Shown here one piece after another: positions 1-6,809 of a stretch of 9,687 bases of DNA. Under the pieces are notes generated by a model. It was not told the origin of the DNA. It saw only the letters and a list, made by a program, of their open reading frames with translations, and did not search any database. The first letter of the stretch is position 1; each line of letters begins with the position of its first letter. The DNA lies in the NCBI GenBank assembly GCA_036845085.1, contig DAIUEN010000008.1, positions 1-9,687 on the forward strand. Direction: 5' to 3'. The translations under genes were made by a program, and so were the position numbers. The DNA comes from Candidatus Nanopusillus sp. GTDB taxonomy: Archaea; Nanobdellota; Nanobdellia; Nanobdellales; Nanobdellaceae.

Positions 1-24
1 GAATGGTGGGGAGTTGATAAAATA

Positions 25-1920
25 ATGATAAGAAAATATACTAATCCAGAACCTTTATATACTTTAGGAATAGAACAAATAGGTTCTATATTCAATATAC
101 TAAATAAAAGACCAAATGAATCAATAAATTCAGTTAATGTAACATATGGTTTATTTAGTAAAAATAATACAAATGTTATAGTAAACTTTTATTTAAATAA
201 TACTCTAGTAGCTCAAAAAACTTATACTCTTTCGGCATTGCAAACTCTAATAGATTCTTTTGTTTATATTTTAGATCAGGAAGGAACATTCAACATAACT
301 CTTGTAGCAAATTTTATAGATGTTAATCGTACATCATCTGATAGTTTTAGAATTCTTATAGACCTTAAAGATCCTGTTTTATATTTTATAAACGGAATTC
401 CATATGTTTATGATGTATCACCTTCAGATTGTTATACTAAACCAGATAAAGTAATATGTATAGATGCATTCAACCATACTTCTGAGTATTCTTATAATTA
501 TATATTATCGAATATTAGCATACAAAATTCGGATTTATTTTTATATTTATTTGCAACAAATAATCCTAGAAATATCTCTATAAACTTTACTAATGTTTCA
601 TTAATAGAATCTAATTTTAGTAATGTAAGGGTTGTATGTACTAATTGTACTTTTGGTAGAACTAATCAAATAATATATATTAATAATTCGGCATTAATTT
701 ATATCATCAGAGACAAAAATTTATTATTTAATAGCTTAACTTTGAGTAATACTTCAAATTATACAGTTGGTAAAACAGATTTAATTTTGATCAGAGATTA
801 TTATCCTATACTAAATGTATATGGAGATAATGATCGAATAATATCATGGCTATTTATTTCATATATAAATAGGAATAATTTTCAAGAAATATTAAATAAT
901 GGTAATTTTAGAATATATACAGATGTAGAATTTTCAGTAAGAGATTATTTCAGTTTATCTACTCTACAATTTCATAGACTACCTCTCGGAACAACAACAA
1001 CAATAACAATAAACCTTAGTGGTTATCCAATAATTACTAGAACATTTCCTTTTGCATTCTCGAATTTTATATTAGCAAATGAAACACCAAAACTACAAAT
1101 ATTATTACCTAGATTGGAAACTGCAAGAATCCTAAGAATATATGTAAAACCAGCAGGATATTATGTTTATCTCTATAAAAGAGCTGGAAATAATTGGGAA
1201 TTAGTAAGTTTTGCAAAATCTCAACCAACACTCGCAGGAGAACTCCTATTTATAATACCAGAAACAGATTATCTAAGATTTGAATTTTATGATCAAAATG
1301 CAAATCTCGTTTATTGGCATGAAGATATTATTTCTGGAAATGATTATGAGTTCAACTTAGAAGAAAAATCTACTGTTTCATATTCAGTAACAAGGAAAGA
1401 AATGATACCATTATATATATTAGGTAATCCTTATGAATTTAATGCTACAAATATGACCTTTATATTTAATAAAAATGTAACATCTGTGGAATTATGGTAT
1501 TTACAAGGAAATAAATGGTATAGAAAATCATTAGGAATTTCAAATACACCAGTAGTATTTATTAATACTTCGAAAGAGATAAATCTAGAAAATGTATACA
1601 GAGTAGTATATGTATTTAAATTTGAAGATAACAGAACAATTTGGTTAGAATATAGAATTGTACCACCATATTTAGGTTTTGAAGAAATCAAAAATTTAGT
1701 ATCTAGCGATACTGTTATAAAACTAATATTTATATTATCTGCATTATTATTCTTAGCAATAGTCTATGTCTCAACTCTAAGTGAATACTTCCATATTGGT
1801 ACTACTATAATCACAATAATATTTTTAATGTTACTTGGAGCAGTAACACTAGATTTCGGCATTGTTTTAATAATATTAACAATATTAACATATAGTGGAC
1901 TAAGTAAATATAGTATATAA
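25..1920 (+). CDS. Large sequon-rich, C-terminally membrane-anchored surface or spike-like protein (631 aa from the first ATG; may be 5' truncated by the window edge)
   Basis: Long uninterrupted ORF. By manual count about 23 N-x-S/T sequons, all N-terminal of the hydrophobic C-terminus (VIKLIFILSALLFLAIVYV and IITIIFLMLLGAVTLDFGIVLIILTILTY). The central segment NISINFTNVSLIESNFSNVRVVCTNCTF...IIYINNSALIYII looks like parallel beta-helix repeats. No N-terminal signal peptide follows the ATG at 25, and frame 1 is open from nt 1 (EWWGVDKI-M), so the true start may lie upstream of the window. Confidence 0.8.
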   Translation: MIRKYTNPEPLYTLGIEQIGSIFNILNKRPNESINSVNVTYGLFSKNNTNVIVNFYLNNTLVAQKTYTLSALQTLIDSFVYILDQEGTFNITLVANFIDVNRTSSDSFRILIDLKDPVLYFINGIPYVYDVSPSDCYTKPDKVICIDAFNHTSEYSYNYILSNISIQNSDLFLYLFATNNPRNISINFTNVSLIESNFSNVRVVCTNCTFGRTNQIIYINNSALIYIIRDKNLLFNSLTLSNTSNYTVGKTDLILIRDYYPILNVYGDNDRIISWLFISYINRNNFQEILNNGNFRIYTDVEFSVRDYFSLSTLQFHRLPLGTTTTITINLSGYPIITRTFPFAFSNFILANETPKLQILLPRLETARILRIYVKPAGYYVYLYKRAGNNWELVSFAKSQPTLAGELLFIIPETDYLRFEFYDQNANLVYWHEDIISGNDYEFNLEEKSTVSYSVTRKEMIPLYILGNPYEFNATNMTFIFNKNVTSVELWYLQGNKWYRKSLGISNTPVVFINTSKEINLENVYRVVYVFKFEDNRTIWLEYRIVPPYLGFEEIKNLVSSDTVIKLIFILSALLFLAIVYVSTLSEYFHIGTTIITIIFLMLLGAVTLDFGIVLIILTILTYSGLSKYSI

Positions 1921-1961
1921 TAATACGAAAAGAATATTAATCTAAAAAATAATAAAAAATT

Positions 1962-2432
1962 ATGGGTCTTTCAGAAACTACAGGCTGGGATGCTTTAGTA
2001 TTTCTTATGGTATTTGGTTTTTTACTTCAGCTTATAGGTCTAGTCGAAGGTCCTTTTAATATACAATCTTTATTTAAATTAGAATCTGTAACAATTAGCA
2101 TTGGATCTGTTGATATTATAACTGTACCCTACGCAATTGCAGTAGTTCTAGGTGAAGTTGCAAAAACAACAGCAACTTTATTAACTGTTTATCTAGGTGG
2201 AACTACAGTAATTGGATTATTAACTGGTAGAAGTATGACTACTGGATTTGACTTTCCAGTAATATATAGAATCGTAATGTGGGGAGTACTTATTGCAATA
2301 TTTGCACCAGTCTTTTCAATGTTAGAAGCTTTAGCAACTTTACCATATATTGGAACTTTCTTAATGATAATAATATTATTCTTATACTTATTGGCTATGT
2401 ATAGTATCGTATATGCTCATGCTACAAGATGA
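1962..2432 (+). CDS. Integral membrane protein, about 4 TM helices, unknown function
   Basis: 156-aa ORF with four long hydrophobic stretches (ALVFLMVFGFLLQLIGLV, PYAIAVVLGEV..LLTVYLGG, IVMWGVLIAIFAPVFSML, IGTFLMIIILFLYLLAMYSIVY). Its TGA stop overlaps the next ATG (ATGA at 2429-2432). Confidence 0.8.
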   Translation: MGLSETTGWDALVFLMVFGFLLQLIGLVEGPFNIQSLFKLESVTISIGSVDIITVPYAIAVVLGEVAKTTATLLTVYLGGTTVIGLLTGRSMTTGFDFPVIYRIVMWGVLIAIFAPVFSMLEALATLPYIGTFLMIIILFLYLLAMYSIVYAHATR

Positions 2433-2677
2433 TACAATTGGATCCAGATTTTGTTTTGATTCTTGTTATATCTTTTTTAGTTATTTCAAATTTATTTGTA
2501 TTTAAATATGGTCCTGTACGAACTAAAATAATATATATGATTGTATCTATATTATTATTAGGTAAATTTTTAGCAAGTTTTGATAAAACTTGGAGTACTT
2601 TATTAATGTTGGTAGGAGCAGTATTCATTACATATTATGTTGCTGATAAGTTTCAAAATCTGTTGCGAAAGTTTTAA
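2429..2677 (+). CDS. Small integral membrane protein, about 3 TM helices
   Basis: 82-aa ORF with hydrophobic segments FVLILVISFLVISNLFVF, IIYMIVSILLLGKFLA and LLMLVGAVFITYYV. ATGA coupling to the upstream gene. Confidence 0.75.
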   Translation: MIQLDPDFVLILVISFLVISNLFVFKYGPVRTKIIYMIVSILLLGKFLASFDKTWSTLLMLVGAVFITYYVADKFQNLLRKF

Positions 2678-2702
2678 AAGTTTTGTGATAATAATAATTA
2701 AT

Positions 2703-3533
2703 ATGAATCCGGAAAACAGAAAACCTATCTCATTGATATATAGTCTATTTGAAGATAAAACTTATTTAGAGATACTTAAAGAAACTATAGAGAAAAGTAT
2801 ACAGATACATGAAGAACTTTTAAATTGGATTTCTGTACAACTAGCTAACGTTGAAGAAAAAATAAAATATGTTGTATTGGATATGTATACAATATATAAA
2901 TCTGAAATCAAAAGAGATCCTTTAACTAGTGATCAAAAACAAGAATTATTATTATTGACTAATGAACAACTAAAAGAAAAGTTAAAAGATTTTTATGTTA
3001 CTGAAAAAGATTTAAACAAATTATCTGGAGAATATAGAATAAGATTCTTAGAATTAGAAAATGAATTAATCAGATTATTAAATGAATATAGAGAATTAGC
3101 ATATGCAAGAGAGAAATTAACTGAAGAATTAAGATATAGAGAATCTTTAAAAGAAATCTATAAAAAAGTTCTAGATTTATTACAATTATATCCTAAACAT
3201 ATTAGATTAGGAAATCTAGATCAATTAGAACTTACAGCAATGAGATATTTCACAGATGCATATCTCTCATTACTGGCAAATGGATTATTATATGGGGATG
3301 TAGAGATTATGGAAGTTGCTAACCTTATAGTATTGCCATATATTTTGAATCTACAAGAAACTTCTCTATCTAGAGATGGTTTCTTCCTAAAATTAGTACA
3401 TAATGCACCTTTAATTACTGAATTAGGACCAAGAAAAGATGAATTAAAACAACAATCTGCCTCAGAAATCTTTCCTTTATTTTCAAAAGATAAAGAATAT
3501 TCAGGCCTAATAAATTGGTTTATTAAAAAATGA
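2703..3533 (+). CDS. Coiled-coil-rich hypothetical protein (276 aa)
   Basis: The track ORF starts at 2637, but its first 22 codons overlap the previous gene by 41 nt and read as low-complexity sequence. The ATG at 2703 (MNPENRK...) lies after the upstream stop. The central part has strong heptad-like E/K/L composition (LKEKLKDFYVTEKDLNKLSGEYRIRFLELENELIRLLNEYRELAYAREKLTEELRYRESLKE). The 2637 start cannot be excluded. Confidence 0.75.
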   Translation: MNPENRKPISLIYSLFEDKTYLEILKETIEKSIQIHEELLNWISVQLANVEEKIKYVVLDMYTIYKSEIKRDPLTSDQKQELLLLTNEQLKEKLKDFYVTEKDLNKLSGEYRIRFLELENELIRLLNEYRELAYAREKLTEELRYRESLKEIYKKVLDLLQLYPKHIRLGNLDQLELTAMRYFTDAYLSLLANGLLYGDVEIMEVANLIVLPYILNLQETSLSRDGFFLKLVHNAPLITELGPRKDELKQQSASEIFPLFSKDKEYSGLINWFIKK

Positions 3534-4141
3534 TTCTAAAAATATTTGGTAATAAAAAAAATAATACTAAGGACCAACAAAATTTTGAAAACTATTATAT
3601 TTTATTAGAGATAGATAGTGGTGGTAATATTAATATGATAAAAGCAAAGCCTGAAGAATTACCTAAATCATTATTAGTTTCAGGTTACTCTCTATTAAGG
3701 ATTGATGATCAAGTATATAGATGTTATGTTGTTGTAAAAAATTATTTAACTCCAACTCTAGATATACCTCTAATAAGAGAATTAATTGCAAAAAATCCAT
3801 ATATACCACTAAATACAGTAAATATGCATTATTCAACTGTACATAGATTCAAAAAACAAATATATGAATTTGTAGAAGTTGCACAAGCCTCAAAGTGGAA
3901 TAGAATAATTATGGAAAAAGGTTTAATGTCAAAATCATTCCAATTATCTGATTTAGCAAAATATATCTTTATTGCTATAATAATTGCCGGACTTATTGGA
4001 ATTGCATATGTATTATTCTTTAAACCACAATCAAATACACCGGCACCATTAATGCCATTACCAACAAATACAACCAATATAACAAATATAACAAATAACC
4101 TTGAAGCTGGCCATAATACAACAGAACAAATTAACTTATGA
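3530..4141 (+). CDS. Single-pass, C-terminally anchored membrane protein with a short sequon-rich extracytoplasmic tail
   Basis: 203-aa ORF with ATGA overlaps at both ends (3530-3533 and 4138-4141). One TM helix (YIFIAIIIAGLIGIAYVLFF) is followed by PQSNTPAPLMPLPTNTTNITNITNNLEAGHNTTEQINL, which carries 4 N-x-T sequons. Confidence 0.8.
   Translation: MILKIFGNKKNNTKDQQNFENYYILLEIDSGGNINMIKAKPEELPKSLLVSGYSLLRIDDQVYRCYVVVKNYLTPTLDIPLIRELIAKNPYIPLNTVNMHYSTVHRFKKQIYEFVEVAQASKWNRIIMEKGLMSKSFQLSDLAKYIFIAIIIAGLIGIAYVLFFKPQSNTPAPLMPLPTNTTNITNITNNLEAGHNTTEQINL
4074..4100 (+). repeat. Imperfect 9-bp tandem repeat (CCAATATAA / CAAATATAA / CAAATAACC) inside the CDS
   Basis: Read directly from the sequence. 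It encodes the NITNITNN glycosylation-sequon run of the tail of the 3530-4141 product. Confidence 0.6.
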
Positions 4142-4620
4142 TGATGAATGAAAATACAAAAAAAGAAGAATTTGTTAGTCTAGATCTAAGAGTTTTACCA
4201 TATTGGAATCTAATAAGAATTGCAAAAATTATTGAAGATAGAGTTCTAAATATAGATAGTACTGAATATTTATTAAGATTAACACATGAAATTCCGAATC
4301 CAGATATAATAAAAAATGAGATTTTAAAAAGATTAAAAAACTTATATTCAATTTCACTTGCAATATTATCAATTTATGGTAGAGAAAAAGAAATATTAAA
4401 GGATTATAAAGAAATTATGAGTATACCTAATATTGATGAAATACTACCTAGAATCTCATATTATACAACTAAAATATTAACAGAATTATATCAATTAATG
4501 AAAGATTTAGGTTTATTACCAAAAGAAAGAGAAAGAGACGAATTAGAAGAGCTTGAAGATTTCTTAAGTACAAAATTATACGAAGAAGATGGAACTACTG
4601 GAGAAACAACTAATAGATAA
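4138..4620 (+). CDS. Helical hypothetical protein with acidic C-terminus
   Basis: 160-aa ORF whose start overlaps the upstream stop (ATGA). Composition is consistent with the neighbouring genes. The C-terminus is RERDELEELEDFLSTKLYEEDGTTGETTNR. No motif recognised. Confidence 0.7.
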   Translation: MMMNENTKKEEFVSLDLRVLPYWNLIRIAKIIEDRVLNIDSTEYLLRLTHEIPNPDIIKNEILKRLKNLYSISLAILSIYGREKEILKDYKEIMSIPNIDEILPRISYYTTKILTELYQLMKDLGLLPKERERDELEELEDFLSTKLYEEDGTTGETTNR

Positions 4621-5422
4621 ATTTTTTAATGTAGAGATTCCAAAAAAATCAGTCTTAGAATTTTTTAAATCAAAATATCCACATATTTTTTTTGCATATT
4701 TAATAAAAAGAACTTTTAGAGAAGATTGGAATCTAGAAATTGTCATTGATGGGAATAAAGGTGTAGGGAAATCTTATTTAGGATTTAAAATATTAGAAAC
4801 TTTTACTTATTTAGATTCAAAAGAAAAATATTCTCAAGACATCATCAAAAAATCTTTTATTGTTCCTTTACCTGTTACATCATTATCAGATAAAGAAGAA
4901 ATAAACTTAATAGTAGAACAAATCAAAGAAGCTTTAGAAGATGATAATATTAAATTGATTGTTTTTGATGAAGCAGGAGATTTATTATTTACTTATGATA
5001 GAATGACAAAAGAAGCGAAATTATTAGTAAAAATATTAAGGAAAGTTAGAAAATATAAAAAATCATTTATATTTATTCATCCGCATATTTTTGAATTAAA
5101 TCCTAATATAAAATATAGATCTTTTAGTTTATGGATACATGGCTTATATAGAGTTTATAATAAATATTCAAGGTTTGTAGTATTAAGAGGTATTGACTAT
5201 AAAAAAGAATTTGTTTATTCTTTGGATCATATAAAGCATGCTTTGGATGTTTATAACATACAAGGTTGGTTTAAAAATAAATATTATTTATTTTCTTTTA
5301 ATTTTAATTATAATCCTGATGATTATTCAAATTATAAAGAATTATTAAGGGAAAAACAACAAGAACTTATCTTATCTAAAGAAACAAAAATTTATGGAGT
5401 AACTATAAGAGAAATTTATTAA
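4589..5422 (+). CDS. P-loop NTPase (candidate virion-assembly, packaging or replication ATPase)
   Basis: Walker A is GNKGVGKS (aa 55-62, nt 4751-4774). Walker B is IKLIVFDEAG (D127/E128, nt 4967-4972). The only in-frame ATG before the P-loop is at 4589, overlapping the upstream gene by 32 nt. It is the last gene of the operon and is followed by T-tracts. Confidence 0.85.
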   Translation: MELLEKQLIDKFFNVEIPKKSVLEFFKSKYPHIFFAYLIKRTFREDWNLEIVIDGNKGVGKSYLGFKILETFTYLDSKEKYSQDIIKKSFIVPLPVTSLSDKEEINLIVEQIKEALEDDNIKLIVFDEAGDLLFTYDRMTKEAKLLVKILRKVRKYKKSFIFIHPHIFELNPNIKYRSFSLWIHGLYRVYNKYSRFVVLRGIDYKKEFVYSLDHIKHALDVYNIQGWFKNKYYLFSFNFNYNPDDYSNYKELLREKQQELILSKETKIYGVTIREIY

Positions 5423-5424
5423 AA

Positions 5425-5450
5425 TTTTTAGTACAACTCAATAATTTTTT
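5425..5450 (+). terminator. Oligo-T tracts downstream of the operon (archaeal-type terminator candidates)
   Basis: T5 at 5425-5429 and T6 at 5445-5450 lie just after the TAA at 5420-5422. Archaeal RNA polymerase terminates at oligo-T. The background is very AT-rich, so specificity is low. Confidence 0.35.
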
Positions 5451-5485
5451 AAATATTAGTGAGTATATTACTCCATTCTCGTGAT

Positions 5486-5495
5486 GCACATGTGC
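5486..5495. repeat. Perfect 10-bp palindrome GCACATGTGC inside a locally GC-rich island (about 5478-5510)
   Basis: Read directly. It is embedded in ctcgtgatGCACATGTGCtacctctgatcgg, which is far more GC-rich than its surroundings. Confidence 0.5.
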
Positions 5496-5555
5496 TACCT
5501 CTGATCGGTAAAAAATAGAAAAGATAATATTTTAAATTATAAATTATAGGGAACA

Positions 5556-5645
5556 CTTTGGGTACCTTTTGGGTACCCATGTCATCAAAAAAATTTTTTT
5601 TTTTGAAAATCGAGGGTAACGAATGGGTACCCAAAGAGTACCCAT
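5556..5645. promoter_or_regulatory. Inverted, helically phased GGGTACC-box array flanking an A7T11 tract (candidate origin of replication or operator)
   Basis: Two perfect 10-bp palindromes TGGGTACCCA sit at 5570-5579 and 5624-5633. Each has a degenerate copy 11 bp further out (TGGGTACCTT at 5559-5568 and AGAGTACCCA at 5635-5644). TTTGGGTACCCAT (5568-5580) is the exact reverse complement of ATGGGTACCCAAA (5623-5635). The spacer contains TCA7T11GA (5585-5606) and a degenerate GGGTAAC (5614-5620). Confidence 0.6.
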
Positions 5646-5734
5646 CCATTAGACTTAACCTAGATAAATTTTTTGTGTCTTTCTGTTGTTACTATTCAAT
5701 ACTAAAACGTTAGTTTTATAAAATATGATGTTCG

Positions 5735-5760
5735 TTGATTATCATTATTGATTATCAATA
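5735..5760. repeat. TTGATTATCA direct repeat (13-bp period) overlapping a 15-bp palindrome
   Basis: TTGATTATCA occurs at 5735-5744 and 5748-5757. TATTGAT-T-ATCAATA at 5746-5760 is a palindrome with perfect 7-bp arms. Confidence 0.5.
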
Positions 5761-5770
5761 TCAAAATTTG

Positions 5771-5814
5771 GAAACCTCACGCGTAGGTGGACGTCCACTC
5801 CTGTATGAGATTTC
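5771..5814. other. GC-rich imperfect inverted repeat or hairpin with a central perfect 12-bp palindrome (candidate structured RNA or protein-binding site)
   Basis: GAAACCTCA (5771-5779) pairs with TGAGATTTC (5806-5814) at 8 of 9 positions. The centre is GTGGACGTCCAC (5787-5798), a perfect palindrome. Local G+C is far above the window background. Confidence 0.45.
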
Positions 5815-6126
5815 AAAAATTGCATTTTTGTTACTTTTTAGTGACAAAATTATCAAAATTTATTCATAAATATATACGATAATTTTAACCATAATTTAGT
5901 GGTGTATGTGTGTCTCTACTGATATATCAAACAATAAAAATAAATAATATATATATTTTCTTTTTTAGAATTTTGTTATAATATAAATATTCCTATTAAT
6001 AATATTATTAATTAGTAATAAAACAAAACTATTACAAAGCTAACATATATTATCACAATATTTCAGATTATTTTTAAATAATAAAAAGACGTTAAATTTT
6101 TAAATTTTAAGGTATAATAATATAAT

Positions 6127-6768
6127 ATGGCACTTGAAAAGATATCAGATCCAAATCCTCAAGAAGCAGAAGGCAAAGATATAGATGAAATAAAGCTAAT
6201 AGAAACGGCCAAGTTTGATCCAAAAGAAGTAAGAGATCTAGTAAATACTTTAAATTCTCGGGGTATAGAACTTCAAAAATTATATCTTAGTTATATATTC
6301 GAAAAGGATCAAAATGAAAAAGAAAGATTAAAACAAGAATTCAACAAAATAAAAGAACAGAATGACAATCTAATAAAAGAACTCGAGCAAAAAAGTAAAG
6401 ATTTTATTAAAGATGCAGAAAATATTATAAAGCATCTCCAAGTATATGAAATATGGTTCAAGAAAGATAAATCTAATAATACCTATGCAATATTATATAG
6501 TAAAATATATAATGATATATTTAATAGGCTGGAAGATTTAGATAATGCATATAAAATATTAGAAAAAGAAAGTATAACAGATTATGCAAAAGAAAAATTT
6601 AGAGAAATTAGAATGAAACTAAAAGAGATTGTTGACGAATTATACAAAATAAAAGATGAAACTGAAAAAATGTATGACCTTGCTTATTTAATAAAAACTA
6701 CTTTAGGTATTAACAAAGCAGAAGGACATATTTTATCTAATCTTGCTAACAAAAGACGCCTTATATAA
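6127..6768 (+). CDS. Alpha-helical, coiled-coil-rich hypothetical protein (213 aa)
   Basis: Clean ORF after the long non-coding interval, with AT-rich TATA-like boxes upstream (tttttaaatttta). K/E/L-rich heptad-like segments (EKERLKQEFNKIKEQNDNLIKELEQKSKDF and KEKFREIRMKLKEIVDELYKIKDETEKMYD). Two T6 tracts follow the stop (6787-6792 and 6799-6804). Confidence 0.8.
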   Translation: MALEKISDPNPQEAEGKDIDEIKLIETAKFDPKEVRDLVNTLNSRGIELQKLYLSYIFEKDQNEKERLKQEFNKIKEQNDNLIKELEQKSKDFIKDAENIIKHLQVYEIWFKKDKSNNTYAILYSKIYNDIFNRLEDLDNAYKILEKESITDYAKEKFREIRMKLKEIVDELYKIKDETEKMYDLAYLIKTTLGINKAEGHILSNLANKRRLI

Positions 6769-6809
6769 TAGTATAATATTTAAATATTTTTTATTTAATT
6801 TTTTATAGC

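Noticed and set aside
1431-1691. 86-aa minus-strand ORF
   Set aside because: It lies entirely antisense within the well-supported 631-aa gene, so it is a shadow ORF with no independent signal.
2422-2628. 68-aa minus-strand ORF
   Set aside because: It is antisense to the 82-aa membrane-protein gene, which sits in a translationally coupled plus-strand operon, so it is a shadow ORF.
2637-2702. Upstream extension of the coiled-coil gene (track start 2637)
   Set aside because: It overlaps the preceding gene by 41 nt and encodes an odd, Cys-containing, low-complexity leader (MLLISFKICCESFKSFVIIIIN). I prefer the ATG at 2703 but cannot exclude the longer form.
3829-4077. 82-aa minus-strand ORF
   Set aside because: It is antisense within the 3530-4141 gene, so it is a shadow ORF.
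5481-5504. Possible C/D-box sRNA (GUGAUGC ... CUGA)
   Set aside because: Only one C-like box and one D-like box are present, about 13 nt apart. There is no second C'/D' pair and no terminal stem, and the C box deviates from RUGAUGA. This is insufficient for an sRNA call.
5449-5649. 66-aa minus-strand ORF from the track, lying in the long intergenic region
   Set aside because: It is read straight through the GGGTACC palindromes, the A7T11 homopolymer run (giving KKKNFF) and the GC-rich palindrome. Its composition is unlike every other product here. It is most simply an artefact of stop-poor GC-rich repeats. I keep it only as an alternative to test.
5703-5847. Several short AT-rich hairpins (TAAAAC-GTTA-GTTTTA at 5703-5718; CAAAAAT-TGC-ATTTTTG at 5814-5830; TTGTTACT-TTTT-AGTGACAA at 5828-5847)
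   Set aside because: Stems made almost only of A/T pairs are expected by chance at this base composition and would be weak at high temperature. They are not reported as features.
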